From positions 160,001 to 224,000 of IMG/VR virus record IMGVR_UViG_3300031420_000003: a DNA stretch of 64,000 nucleotides; one strand, written 5' to 3'. Of the stretch, positions 27,065-37,117 are shown piece by piece; position 1 is the first letter of the stretch, and each line of letters begins with the position of its first letter. This stretch comes from a virus. A model generated the notes under the pieces. The model saw only the letters and a list, made by a program, of their open reading frames with translations. It did no database searches and was not told the origin of the DNA. A program made the position numbers and the translations under genes.

Positions 27065-28550
27065 GCTCTACTCCTTCGATAGTCAGGATGCCGGTGTTAA
27101 AGATGGTCAGGTAGTAATCCCGGTCTTTGAGTTTGTCACGCGGAATCTTATCAATCACTGATGGGGGAAGACGCGGTAAGTCCCACCACCAATCCGGCGT
27201 GTTCCATTCAGGGAACAACCACTTGATTAAGACCTCAGCTGCACGCGGATACAGATGCAGCGGATACAAGTCCACGTTACGCCAATCAGACACCACCGTT
27301 TCCAACACGAAGTAGTTCTTGGTGACGTTCTGGCGACGCCGTAACTGGAAGTTACCGTCTTCCCAGTGATACAGCTTCGGCTCGATTAACGCCCCCTCTT
27401 CGAAGGCCAGGAAGCGGAACATCCCGGTCATGCCCGTGCGGTCAATACGGCGACAGTGGTCGATGTACGGCTGCAAGGCATCGTTCCAACGATACGGCAG
27501 GTCGGCTGTGTTAAACACCACCGGGTCAAGCATGTTATCTTCATCAAAGGCAACGTCGGTACCAAAGATAGGTAACAGGCTTTCCTTGCACGGATAGTGT
27601 AACCGTTGGAACTGTTCTTTCGGGGCCAGTAGGTAGGGAAGCTGAATCAGTGCCCGTTTTTCGTTGACCCACCACGTCCCGTCGAGGTTCTGCTGTTGCT
27701 GGGAACGGCGCACGTATTCCTCGTTGCTTACCCACGGCCCGTCGATGTCCGGCCACCAGACATCCGGTAATGGCGTTTGGTTAATAATGTACGGATACGA
27801 GACCACCACCTCTTCTGGCGGCTGGTAAAAGAACTTGATGGTGAAAGCGGCTTCATAGTGGTTTTCATCCTTATCCCACGTTGGGGGTTCAGTTGAATAC
27901 ACAAGCTCCACACGGGTTGGTGCAAAACGCACCGCCAGTGACTCCTGTCCACCGGCCACGTTCGAGATACGGGTGACTTCTTTACCAAAGTACGCTTTGA
28001 GGTACTCGGGGAAGCTCTCGTGCTTCGGCACACGGGTGTTTGCTGCGATGTAACACGCGTTCAGTAACTGCAGCGCTGTCTTAGGGATAATGTAATAGGC
28101 CTCAGACTCCGCCATCAGGCTGTAGCGGCCCATATCCTGTAAAGCGTTAAGACGGTTCACCCAGCGGTGTAACTCGTCCTCTGATTGATTGTGGCGCGTT
28201 AGGGTGACGGTGACGTCATAGCCACAGGTAGTAGGCGCAGCGTGGACTTGGTCGTCGCTGTTAGCAAAGAACGGGATATGAACGTTCATGCCGATTTGGC
28301 GATTGATCCGTGCGTACTCGTCGCGTTCTTCAACCACACCAATATAGACACGGTCGGTGCCTGCATAGGAGGCCGTGGTTTCCTCGCCCTCGGTAGACCC
28401 GACCTGATGGGTTGTCTTGAAGCGGTCATCATTGTAGATGATTTCTGCTTTCGCGATTCCCGATTCATTTAACGCACGATGAACAATACCGTCCACGATG
28501 GCTTTTCGAATGGTCTGGTCTAATGAAGGAATCTCAAAATACTGTTGCAT
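27048..28550 (-). CDS. Virion structural protein (phiKZ gp98-like)
   Basis: 500 aa; GAGGAG RBS; first gene of a late structural operon. Confidence 0.65.
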   Translation of the reverse strand: MQQYFEIPSLDQTIRKAIVDGIVHRALNESGIAKAEIIYNDDRFKTTHQVGSTEGEETTASYAGTDRVYIGVVEERDEYARINRQIGMNVHIPFFANSDDQVHAAPTTCGYDVTVTLTRHNQSEDELHRWVNRLNALQDMGRYSLMAESEAYYIIPKTALQLLNACYIAANTRVPKHESFPEYLKAYFGKEVTRISNVAGGQESLAVRFAPTRVELVYSTEPPTWDKDENHYEAAFTIKFFYQPPEEVVVSYPYIINQTPLPDVWWPDIDGPWVSNEEYVRRSQQQQNLDGTWWVNEKRALIQLPYLLAPKEQFQRLHYPCKESLLPIFGTDVAFDEDNMLDPVVFNTADLPYRWNDALQPYIDHCRRIDRTGMTGMFRFLAFEEGALIEPKLYHWEDGNFQLRRRQNVTKNYFVLETVVSDWRNVDLYPLHLYPRAAEVLIKWLFPEWNTPDWWWDLPRLPPSVIDKIPRDKLKDRDYYLTIFNTGILTIEGVEHAEVE

Positions 28551-28601
28551 TGGGGTGTCTCCTCATTAGCTCATAAAACTGGCTGGATACGCAAAAAAAA
28601 A

Positions 28602-28623
28602 ACAGGAGTCCGAAGACCCCTGT
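28602..28623 (-). terminator. Intrinsic terminator, UUCG loop
   Basis: ACAGGAGTC-CGAA-GACCCCTGT with U10 tract. Confidence 0.75.
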
Positions 28624-28627
28624 CTGT

Positions 28628-29248
28628 TTACAGTCCGAACCCGCGGGAAACGTACCGTTTAAACTCCTGTTCACCAACCGTGAAGGTGTCACCCTTCAGT
28701 GTCGCCACCACGTCATCTTTGATGAGTTGGGTTTTAGCGGCTTCGGCTACTAGCCACAACAACCGCATGTCGTGTTTCACGTCGAACACCTCACCCTGCT
28801 GTGGGTGCTCGGTTGTGGTTACCATCGCCTTCTCAAAGACATAGAAGCCCGTGACCTTAACAGCGTTGTGACCAATGTGCTCTTCGAGCTCTGGAGAGAG
28901 CCAGACCTTATAGCCGTGCAACGTTTGTGAATTTATCACCAGTGACTCGTTACGCATCTTGCGCAGTGTGCCCATGCGGATATCGCTTTCACAGGCAATC
29001 AGGACATCGCCGCGTGTTGCGCCCAGCGGCATCTCAATGTACACCCGCTCGGGTTGAATCTTCTGATACAGTTCCAGCCGTTCTAAGAGCTTCACGACGC
29101 GTGCGTTGAGGCTAAGCTTGCCGATGTTACACCCGCCGTCATATTGGCTGAACTCTTCATTGTCATCGCCGGTTATGTTGAGGTCGATGCCTTCGAACTC
29201 AGAGAGGTGTTTAATAAAGTCTTTACGCTTTAACATTTTCTTAGTCAT
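28628..29248 (-). CDS. Hypothetical protein, ~206 aa
   Basis: ATG at 29248 with GAAGGA RBS. Confidence 0.7.
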   Translation of the reverse strand: MTKKMLKRKDFIKHLSEFEGIDLNITGDDNEEFSQYDGGCNIGKLSLNARVVKLLERLELYQKIQPERVYIEMPLGATRGDVLIACESDIRMGTLRKMRNESLVINSQTLHGYKVWLSPELEEHIGHNAVKVTGFYVFEKAMVTTTEHPQQGEVFDVKHDMRLLWLVAEAAKTQLIKDDVVATLKGDTFTVGEQEFKRYVSRGFGL

Positions 29249-29272
29249 GGTCAATCCTTCCAAATAAAAAAG

Positions 29273-29290
29273 AGGGGACCGAAGTCCCCT
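29273..29290 (-). terminator. Intrinsic terminator, UUCG loop
   Basis: AGGGGAC-CGAA-GTCCCCT plus U-tract. Confidence 0.75.
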
Positions 29291-29293
29291 GTC

Positions 29294-29731
29294 TTAGTTG
29301 TCAACACCCACGAGTAAAATGTGCGCCAGTTTCGGATAGTGCCAGAGCTGCACTGTCTGACCTTGCTTGCGCCACTTCGTACCCCGTTCGTCCATGAGAT
29401 ACCATTTCTCACCCTTGCCGTACTCCTCATGTTGGCCTGCGGACACAGACACCAACACACCCGCCTTCACAAAGTCGTATAACCAGATGAACTTGCTTAA
29501 GTCCAATGGCACACCAACCATGATAGTCGGCCCATTACGGGGGATGGCTAAAGGTTTGCGGGTTTTCCCCTCGAGTATCAGTCGGAACCAGAGTGCGATA
29601 CACAGGTATTGCGCCTCGGTGAAATGCACCTGCGGTAGCGAGTTAAAGTGACGGACTAAATCCGTCCCCGTTCCCACTTCAATCATCAGGTGACTCAACG
29701 AGGTACCGAGTCCTTCTTCGGGTCGATACAT
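29294..29731 (-). CDS. Hypothetical protein, 145 aa
   Basis: AGAGGA RBS. Confidence 0.7.
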   Translation of the reverse strand: MYRPEEGLGTSLSHLMIEVGTGTDLVRHFNSLPQVHFTEAQYLCIALWFRLILEGKTRKPLAIPRNGPTIMVGVPLDLSKFIWLYDFVKAGVLVSVSAGQHEEYGKGEKWYLMDERGTKWRKQGQTVQLWHYPKLAHILLVGVDN

Positions 29732-29775
29732 GCGGTTGTCCTCTTGGCCAATGACATAGTATCAACCCGCCAGAA

Positions 29776-30075
29776 TCACCCTTCCACTTTTTCTTTAAAC
29801 GTATCGCGCAGATAGCCCATGGTTATCTTGCTGCACAGGTTACCCCACGTGAACTGGTGATTACCGTCAACCACCACCACTTCTTCCGGCTTAATGCCCA
29901 GCGGCCCCAGCCGGTTCTCAAGGAACTCCAGCACGGTGATGTCGTGACGGGATGCGCGCTTGTAAACAAATGATTCAATCCAGTCTTCGGGACGGCGACG
30001 GATAATAACGATGATGCCTTCGAGTTCTTGAATGGCGCGCTCAATGGCACCCGGATGCGATACGTTCAGTTCCAT
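29776..30075 (-). CDS. Hypothetical protein, 99 aa
   Basis: TAAGGA RBS directly after DHFR. Confidence 0.7.
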   Translation of the reverse strand: MELNVSHPGAIERAIQELEGIIVIIRRRPEDWIESFVYKRASRHDITVLEFLENRLGPLGIKPEEVVVVDGNHQFTWGNLCSKITMGYLRDTFKEKVEG

Positions 30076-30084
30076 GATTAATCC

Positions 30085-30609
30085 TTACTCAGTGATTTTA
30101 GTGTATTCAACGATGGTGAAGCTGTGGGCGTGTTTATCGTCGGCCTCGACGTGTAACAGGGTACGCTCTTTGTACGCCGTGACATCGAACTGCGGGAAGA
30201 TGGCATCAGCCCCACCCTCAATCTCGGTATCAACGTGCGTAATCAAAATGCGGTCAGCGTGCTCGAGGTACATCTCGTAGACCTCAGCCCCGCCAATGAT
30301 AACCACTTCTTTTTCATGCCAGCTATCAGCAATGAGTAAGAGTTCATCCGGCTTGGTGATAATCCCCACACCGTATTCGGTACCCTTCGCAGGCACCACG
30401 TTTTTGCTGTCGCGGGTAATCACCCAGTTACGGCGATTGGGCAGCGGCTTGGAACCAATCGACTCGAAAGTCTTGCGGCCCATCACCACCATCTTGCCCA
30501 TGGTCTGTTCTTTAAACCACTGGAAGTCACGCGGTAAACGCCACGCCAGTTTGTTGTCTTTGCCCAGACCCCAATGGCGGTCCACGGCAGCAATTACGGT
30601 TATTTTCAT
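30085..30609 (-). CDS. folA: Dihydrofolate reductase
   Basis: IAAVD..GLG...LAW.LPRDFQWF, VMGRKTFESI, PLPNRRN.V, IIGGAEVY, ADAIFP motifs. Confidence 0.97.
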   Translation of the reverse strand: MKITVIAAVDRHWGLGKDNKLAWRLPRDFQWFKEQTMGKMVVMGRKTFESIGSKPLPNRRNWVITRDSKNVVPAKGTEYGVGIITKPDELLLIADSWHEKEVVIIGGAEVYEMYLEHADRILITHVDTEIEGGADAIFPQFDVTAYKERTLLHVEADDKHAHSFTIVEYTKITE

Positions 30610-30948
30610 TTACAGGTTCCCTAATCCGGCACGCATGGCGCTCAGGAGATTACGACGTTCGATTTTGTGGACTTGCACAGTGTCACTGAAGTCAATGAAC
30701 TGCGCATAACGCGGTTCGACCTCAATGCTCAATGCATGGATTTCAATGTGCAGCAGACGACCCGTGCCGTGGGTGCTACGGTGCAGCTTCACGGTGAGTT
30801 GACCTTGGAAGTCTTTATCAGCGAGCTTCTCAATTGCCTCTCTGACAGATTCAACGTCCAAGTCGTAGTCGATGTCACCGAGTTTGAAAATCAACCCGTG
30901 AACGTTATACAAGGACTGAGCAGGGAACTCTAATACTGGGCGAGACAT
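30610..30948 (-). CDS. Hypothetical protein, 112 aa
   Basis: ATG at 30948 with TAAGGAGTAAT RBS (the track start lies inside a terminator). Confidence 0.7.
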   Translation of the reverse strand: MSRPVLEFPAQSLYNVHGLIFKLGDIDYDLDVESVREAIEKLADKDFQGQLTVKLHRSTHGTGRLLHIEIHALSIEVEPRYAQFIDFSDTVQVHKIERRNLLSAMRAGLGNL

Positions 30949-30974
30949 TTGATTACTCCTTACAAAAAAACTAA

Positions 30975-30990
30975 CCCCACCGAAGTGGGG
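30975..30990 (-). terminator. Intrinsic terminator, UUCG loop
   Basis: CCCCAC-CGAA-GTGGGG plus U7. Confidence 0.75.
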
Positions 30991-30998
30991 CATGTTGA

Positions 30999-31619
30999 TT
31001 AGAATTGAGACTGGACGGAGCTCTTACGGTGAATCACCAACTGTGGCAATGTCAACGGTTGAGCAGTAATCAGTCGTTCCTTCGCACTGGACAAATTCGT
31101 TACCCGAGCATGGGTGATACGTTCAGGCTCGATGGCACCGTTCGCTTCGTCCAACAGATGTTCATTCATCAGACGTTGTTCGATATCCAACGACATCTGC
31201 ATGTCGGCTTTATCGAACGAGAGTTCAGTTACCACGGTCAGATAACCGTCCATGACTTCCGGCACACGGGCAACGTGTTTGCGGTAGAAGTGTTCAAACT
31301 TACTGTAGTCACGGCTGGCGGTTTTGTGCATGTATTCCATACCGGCGGCAACGGCCCACTTGTAGAGTGGCTGTAAGCGCTTGTATGTTTCGAAGTCACA
31401 CTTCTGGTCCAGTGTGAAGGTACGGCTGTTGTAGTGGAGGGTAGCGCTCTCCGTGTTGCGAGCGTAGCAGGCTTGTACGAAAGAGGCGATGCCAAGCATA
31501 ACCGGACGCGGTACACGTAATGGTGCTTGATGTTCGAAATGCAACTCAAAGACTTTAGCATCACGCAGGTCTGCGGTGTTGCCCGTTACGTCGATTACAG
31601 AGAGCAGGTTATAGTTCAT
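30999..31619 (-). CDS. Hypothetical early protein, 206 aa
   Basis: AAGGAG RBS; follows the promoter motif. Confidence 0.75.
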   Translation of the reverse strand: MNYNLLSVIDVTGNTADLRDAKVFELHFEHQAPLRVPRPVMLGIASFVQACYARNTESATLHYNSRTFTLDQKCDFETYKRLQPLYKWAVAAGMEYMHKTASRDYSKFEHFYRKHVARVPEVMDGYLTVVTELSFDKADMQMSLDIEQRLMNEHLLDEANGAIEPERITHARVTNLSSAKERLITAQPLTLPQLVIHRKSSVQSQF

Positions 31620-31685
31620 GGGTTAAATCTCCTTGCGATTACATAATGGAATAGGTCTCGTGTAAAAAAGGTCATTGTGTTACCT

Positions 31686-31706
31686 CACCTAAATGATATC
31701 TATCTC
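31686..31706 (-). promoter_or_regulatory. Putative early promoter
   Basis: Minus strand GAGATAGATATCATTTAGGTG. Confidence 0.7.
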
Positions 31707-31732
31707 AGATTCGGTCGAATAAAAGAAAGAAT

Positions 31733-31752
31733 CCCCACTCCGAAGAGTGGGG
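31733..31752 (-). terminator. Intrinsic terminator, UUCG loop
   Basis: CCCCACTC-CGAA-GAGTGGGG after the head-protein pair. Confidence 0.8.
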
Positions 31753-31772
31753 TTTCCCGACACTAAAAGGGA

Positions 31773-33044
31773 TTAACCTTTTTCGTGTGCAGCGATACCA
31801 GAAGCGATATAGCCGTTCAGGCCAGCGCTCAGGTTTTTCTGGATCATGGCAATCGCACGCTCTGCAGAAGAGACGCTGGCGTTGATACCAGTGACGCCAC
31901 GGCGAACCATGCGGACTGCACGAGCCAGACCCGGCTTGTCGTCGATTTTAACATCGTCAACACGCTTAACCAGTTTGGTCAGTTCAGCTTCGAACTTAGC
32001 ACGCGCAGTGTCAACTTTGCGGTAGTTCTGAACCTGTTTCTCCAGCTCTACGCCCACTTTCTTGTAGAAGGTGTTAGCAGAGGCCAGCTGACCCGGGTTA
32101 GGAGTTGGAACAGACGCTTCGCCTTCAGCTTCAGACGCAACGTACGAAATAACGGTAGTTGCTTCGTCGCCTTCGCCTTCGGTCTTAACGACCATCTTGT
32201 TGCCGCCCAGCATCTCTTCTTCGCCAGTACCATGGTCGCGAACGATAGAGACCAGTTTCTTAGCAGAAGCCAGTGAAGCGGTTTCTGGGTTGGCAGCGCC
32301 TTCCAGCGAGCTAACCATTTCTTCACCGACCAGAGTCAGTTCAGCCAGCAGGTCAACCAGACTGGTGCAGACTTTCAGCTGCTCATCCAGCTTGGCAGTT
32401 TCGTTACCCACGAACTTGCCACCGACAGACAGTTGCTTAACGAAAGAACCAGAGATGGTGTCTTTCTTCTGCTTGCCCAGTGCGCGGATCTGCGCTTCGT
32501 ATTTCTTAGCGCGGCCCTGAATGGACTTGCCGACGTTGCTGAATTTCAGCCAACGATCTTTCAGTTTACGACCCTGCTCTTGCAGCCACTCGAGGATACG
32601 CTTCAGGAAACCTTTGATATCGGTCCACAGCGATTCACGAGCAACCTGACGACGGTTCGCAGCGCCATAGCTTTCGCGAGCTACAGACTGACGGTTGTCC
32701 AGACCCCAACGGCGACGAATAGACTCCTGCGCAACGTCCAGTGCTTCCGCAGCGGAGTCAGGCATGTCTTCTTCGGCTTCCATCTTTTCGTCTTCCGGCG
32801 TTTCGCTATCCGGATTGGCAGCATCAGCAGCAGCGTCGACATCGTCCAGCTGTGCATCAGTTTCATCAGCATCGCCTGCCAGTACAGCAGCGTCAGCGTC
32901 GTTACCGTCGATAACGCGGTCATCGTTGGCCAGATCAGCGAGGATACCCTCTACCGACTCAGCTGGCAGTTCCAGACCGTCTGGAACAACGGTACCGGTT
33001 CCTTCGATGGACTCACGAGCGAGTTTCTGTTGAATAAAGTTCAT
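31773..33044 (-). CDS. Abundant internal head/ejection protein (phiKZ gp93-family; SPN3US gp53/54-like), 423 aa
   Basis: Acidic propeptide with repeated ARE-S/AQE-S sites followed by amphipathic helix LWTDIKGFLKRILEWL. Confidence 0.85.
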   Translation of the reverse strand: MNFIQQKLARESIEGTGTVVPDGLELPAESVEGILADLANDDRVIDGNDADAAVLAGDADETDAQLDDVDAAADAANPDSETPEDEKMEAEEDMPDSAAEALDVAQESIRRRWGLDNRQSVARESYGAANRRQVARESLWTDIKGFLKRILEWLQEQGRKLKDRWLKFSNVGKSIQGRAKKYEAQIRALGKQKKDTISGSFVKQLSVGGKFVGNETAKLDEQLKVCTSLVDLLAELTLVGEEMVSSLEGAANPETASLASAKKLVSIVRDHGTGEEEMLGGNKMVVKTEGEGDEATTVISYVASEAEGEASVPTPNPGQLASANTFYKKVGVELEKQVQNYRKVDTARAKFEAELTKLVKRVDDVKIDDKPGLARAVRMVRRGVTGINASVSSAERAIAMIQKNLSAGLNGYIASGIAAHEKG

Positions 33045-33122
33045 CTTTTCTTTTCCTCTGGGGTGGGCAACGCCACCCCCTTTAATTTAGAAACTGGAAA
33101 GCCTTTTCGACGCTAAGGGGGA

Positions 33123-34394
33123 TTAGCCTTTAGCGTAAGCGCCGATGCCTGCACCGATGTAGCCATTCAGGCCGCTGATAACGGTGTTCGCAACGAAAGA
33201 CACTGCGCGATGCAGAGTCTGGTAGTTACGGACCGCTTGGTCAGCTGCAGAACGGGCTGCGCTCAGAGTTTTGTGCTCAGCGTTGTCGGCAGCAGAGTCG
33301 ATAGCTTTAGCCGCTGACTGTGCAGCGCTACGCAGTTTACCGATCTCGTCGTCGTAGCTGCGGAAATCTTTCAGCACGCCTTCGAAGCCTTTACCGATAA
33401 CATCCAGAGACTGAGCAGCAGAGTTCAGTTTCGCGATGTCCGGAGTCGCAACTTCTTTAGAGTCGCTACGGTCGCCAGTTGACAGGAAGCCAACAGCAGT
33501 GAAGTCGACGCCGTTAACGGCTTTCTTACCACACTGGATGTAGGCATTGCCCGGCAGCGCGTACAGACGCTGTGCTTCTTCGTTGTCGAACTGCGGAAGA
33601 TTCTTCATCTTCTTAGCCGCAGTACCGAACAGCTCAACAGTGTCGTAGAAACCAGAGGTTGCTACTGCATTGTCAGACTTAGACGCTTTGGTCACAACGG
33701 TTTCAGCAGAAGCCGCTTGGCCCTGCAGATGGCTGATCGCTGATTTCGCTTTACCACCGGTAACGTCTTTCGCCGCAGCAACAGACTGTTCCAGATTGAA
33801 CTGACCTTCGATGGAGAGCTTGCTAATGAAGCCGCCAGAGATCTGCTCTTTGTTCTTTTTGCCCAGCGTTTTAATCGCAGCCTGATACTTCTTGGCACGA
33901 CCCTGCGCGGTTTTACCCACGTTCAGGTATTTCAGCTTGGCATCTTTGATTTTGTCGATAACCATGTTGCAGAACTCGATGAAACGCTTCCACAGATCTT
34001 TCAGCGTTTCTTTCCAGCCTTCCTGCGCAGCGATGGTCATGCCACGGCCGCGACGGTAGCTTTCACGAGCCAGTTTCGGCTTGTCGATTGCCCAGCGACG
34101 ACGGATAGATTCCTGCGCCACTTCGGTTTTGCTGATGGTTTCTTCCGGCAGCTCTTCACCGTTTTCAACGGCTTCGCTCGCCTGCTCGATGGCATCTTCG
34201 GTACGATCGGTATCGACAGCCAGAGTTTCTTGGTCGCCGTCCAGACGGTCAAGCTGACCATCGATAGAAGCCACTTCGGTCAGTTGCACGTCGAGGTTAT
34301 CTTCAGAAGTCTCAACGTTGCTCAGGCCGTCAATTGCGCTTGGATCAGAGTTTTCCGCTGACTCACGCGCCAGTCGCTGTTGGATAAAGTTCAT
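33123..34394 (-). CDS. Abundant internal head/ejection protein, paralog of 31773-33044, 423 aa
   Basis: Same MNFIQQxLARES start, VAQESIRRRW block, LNGYI..GI.A..KG end. Confidence 0.85.
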   Translation of the reverse strand: MNFIQQRLARESAENSDPSAIDGLSNVETSEDNLDVQLTEVASIDGQLDRLDGDQETLAVDTDRTEDAIEQASEAVENGEELPEETISKTEVAQESIRRRWAIDKPKLARESYRRGRGMTIAAQEGWKETLKDLWKRFIEFCNMVIDKIKDAKLKYLNVGKTAQGRAKKYQAAIKTLGKKNKEQISGGFISKLSIEGQFNLEQSVAAAKDVTGGKAKSAISHLQGQAASAETVVTKASKSDNAVATSGFYDTVELFGTAAKKMKNLPQFDNEEAQRLYALPGNAYIQCGKKAVNGVDFTAVGFLSTGDRSDSKEVATPDIAKLNSAAQSLDVIGKGFEGVLKDFRSYDDEIGKLRSAAQSAAKAIDSAADNAEHKTLSAARSAADQAVRNYQTLHRAVSFVANTVISGLNGYIGAGIGAYAKG

Positions 34395-34452
34395 GCTTCA
34401 GTTCCTATTGGTTATAACCAAATACCCACACGCCCCTGAATAAGGGGCCCCC

Positions 34453-34995
34453 TCAGGGACGTGCGATCTTTAAAAATACTGCGAGCGAGGATACCATGTC
34501 AGACAATCCATTGACACGCGTAAGCCACTGCGCCAGCAGTTCGTGGTCTGCATAAGATAACAGACGGGTGTCCGGCTTCTGCGTTTGATGCGCATTACCC
34601 AGATTACGCACTTGCCCGGAGTCTCCGAACGAAGCAGCCATCATTCGACTACCGAGGCTACCAGTCTGACGCACGTATTTCGTACCATGAACATCGTTCA
34701 TATACTGTTGCATCAGAATGGAGTATTGCCCAACTGAAATTTCGCGGCGTTTTCCATCGAGAAGGAATTGAACCGTCTCATTATAGAACGTATTAAAGGT
34801 AAACCCGATTTGCGGGTATTCGTCATATAATACTTCCTGAACGCTTTGCAGCGCGCAGAGACGGAAACGTGCCAGAACCACAGCACAGGCCGGGAGCACG
34901 GCGTGAATCACCGCATCATCATGAACCAGCACCGCGTTCTGGCTAAGCAGGTCCATGTACTCTTTGATGGCCTGTTCGGCGTTATTGAAGTCCAT
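34453..34995 (-). CDS. Head protein (phiKZ gp91/92-like position), ~180 aa
   Basis: ATG at 34995 with GGAG RBS; synteny. Confidence 0.6.
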   Translation of the reverse strand: MDFNNAEQAIKEYMDLLSQNAVLVHDDAVIHAVLPACAVVLARFRLCALQSVQEVLYDEYPQIGFTFNTFYNETVQFLLDGKRREISVGQYSILMQQYMNDVHGTKYVRQTGSLGSRMMAASFGDSGQVRNLGNAHQTQKPDTRLLSYADHELLAQWLTRVNGLSDMVSSLAVFLKIARP

Positions 34996-35917
34996 ACTTC
35001 TTCTCCAGTTTCTCACGCTTGTACTTGAGGTCCATCAAGCGTTTTTCCTGGTCTTTGATCAGACGCTCAATAGCCGCATCGCCATTGCCTTCTGCCTGCT
35101 GTTTTTTCCACAGCAGAATACGCAGCTCTGCCGCTTTACCGGCCGCCACACATTCGTCGTAACGGTCCATCTGCCATTCAGCGAAGTTCAGACGAGCACG
35201 GTAGACCAGTGTCAGCGGGAACGGTACCGCGCTCATGCCGAGCGGGTCGGTTGTACCTGTACCGAAAGAGGCCACGAGGTCGTTGTAGGTATCTTCATCG
35301 AAGATAGCTTCCGGAATCTCAGCGTAGTCCGCTTTCAGTTTGTTGATAGGCGTACCTAGCACACGCAGCGCGATGCAGTAAACCATGTTCTGCGTTTTCA
35401 GATACTGCACATCGTTCGGGGCAACCGCACCACCGTCGATGTTTGACCCTTCAACCGCGTTCAGCTCAACGGCTGTCACGTAGTTCAGCAGGATGCTGCT
35501 GTACTTAACCGTGAAGTCGATGATGTCGAGCATCTGCAGCAGGGTCTGCTTGTTAAAGGTCAGCGACGAGGTCACCAGAGACTTACCGATGTCTTTGGTG
35601 ATGTGCTGCTCTAAGAAGCTGCGCAGGGTCAGGACGTTCTCTAATGAAGGAATGATGTATTCCAGCATCGAGGCCACACGCAGCCCTTTCACGTTCAGAT
35701 TACTGGTGCGCAGCGTCGAGACCATGTCTTCGCTCATGGCCTGCACATCGGCGTGTTTGAAAGGTTTCCCTTCCTGCGTCCCGACGACTTCTTGCAACGT
35801 TTGGAAACGTGGCAGCAGCGCTTCCCCAATCGCGTCACAGTTGGACGAGAGTTGGTTCTTCAGGTTAACGGACTCAAAGCTTGGCAGTAACATTGCCAGC
35901 ATGTTCGGAATAGGCAT
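34982..35917 (-). CDS. Internal head protein (phiKZ gp90-like)
   Basis: ATG at 35917 with TAAGGGG RBS; C-terminal coiled coil; synteny. Confidence 0.7.
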   Translation of the reverse strand: MPIPNMLAMLLPSFESVNLKNQLSSNCDAIGEALLPRFQTLQEVVGTQEGKPFKHADVQAMSEDMVSTLRTSNLNVKGLRVASMLEYIIPSLENVLTLRSFLEQHITKDIGKSLVTSSLTFNKQTLLQMLDIIDFTVKYSSILLNYVTAVELNAVEGSNIDGGAVAPNDVQYLKTQNMVYCIALRVLGTPINKLKADYAEIPEAIFDEDTYNDLVASFGTGTTDPLGMSAVPFPLTLVYRARLNFAEWQMDRYDECVAAGKAAELRILLWKKQQAEGNGDAAIERLIKDQEKRLMDLKYKREKLEKKYGLQ

Positions 35918-35927
35918 GAAAGACCCC

Positions 35928-37091
35928 TTAAAGCACCGGTTGAGCACCGGAGCGATACGCTTCGATGATTTTGTTCACGTCGGCAGAGCCAGCCTTCGCT
36001 TTGCTGAAATCGTTCTTATCCAGCTGCTGAGAACCGTTCTGACCGCGGGTGTAGATAGTGACACGACCCCATGTCTGGTCAACCACGACGTAGTACATGG
36101 TCAGGGTGTTTTCGAACACACGCTTGCGCACGTTGAAGTCGTCGAAGTCACCACCCAGACGCGCTTCTAAGCCGTCGATGGTTTCCTGCGAAACAATCAT
36201 CAGGGCCGAGGCGTTGTTGATGGACGGAGACAGGGTTAACATGCCAGACAGCCAGTTACCGTTTCTCTTCTCCATCATCTTAGAGTAATAGCCCGATTTG
36301 TCGCGGAAGCGATTCTTACGGTACTCATCGATAAGGTCGTTTGAGAACGCGATATCTTTTGCTGCACGGATTTTGTCAACCGCACCCGAACCACCGCTCT
36401 TGTTGGTCGAGACACGAATCCAACGCTCCCACATGCTACGGTTCTGTTCGCCGAGCAGGATGATGTTTTCGATTGAGGTCGTATCGGTTGAGCTGACTTC
36501 CAGACGCACACGCATCGGGACTTCCAGCTTGTTGCCATTACGCTCAAAGGTCACGCTGAACTGCTTACCAGACGACAGGCTTTCCTGCTCGCTCAGACGC
36601 TTCGCGAAATCGCTTTGCAGGGTAGCGCTGGTGCGCTCATTGCTTTTGCCATCGCGCGATTCACGTGCCACTTTACGGCGGGATGATTCACCGACCGCAA
36701 GGGCGAGGTTATCGTATGACGGCAGCGCAAAGCGACCCGGACGTGACGACTCGCCGATTGCCAATGCACCCAGTGCACTACCGGTACGAACCGCAGCATC
36801 CAACGCGCTACGTTTGGTGGAGATTTTGTCCAGTGTGCCGATAACGTCGACTTCCGGAACACCGGTCAGCAGTGACACGGCGGTCAGGGTTTGCCCCGCC
36901 AACAGCAGCTGCATCTTTTCCATAATGCCCGGCAGATAATCCAAGCCCAACAGGCTATCTTCTACCAGCGTGGTATAGTCATTCTGTAGAACGGAGTTGA
37001 ACTCCTCCAGCGAGTCCGCCCGCTGACGAAACAGCGAGGGGAAGGCAGCTAAGAACGTGATTACGCTTGACTCTACGGTTCTCTGTATCAT
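35928..37091 (-). CDS. Internal head protein (phiKZ gp89-like)
   Basis: Internal IGES/VGES/ARES protease-type sites; synteny. Confidence 0.7.
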   Translation of the reverse strand: MIQRTVESSVITFLAAFPSLFRQRADSLEEFNSVLQNDYTTLVEDSLLGLDYLPGIMEKMQLLLAGQTLTAVSLLTGVPEVDVIGTLDKISTKRSALDAAVRTGSALGALAIGESSRPGRFALPSYDNLALAVGESSRRKVARESRDGKSNERTSATLQSDFAKRLSEQESLSSGKQFSVTFERNGNKLEVPMRVRLEVSSTDTTSIENIILLGEQNRSMWERWIRVSTNKSGGSGAVDKIRAAKDIAFSNDLIDEYRKNRFRDKSGYYSKMMEKRNGNWLSGMLTLSPSINNASALMIVSQETIDGLEARLGGDFDDFNVRKRVFENTLTMYYVVVDQTWGRVTIYTRGQNGSQQLDKNDFSKAKAGSADVNKIIEAYRSGAQPVL

Positions 37092-37117
37092 CTTTTTTTC
37101 TAACTCCGGAGTTAATA

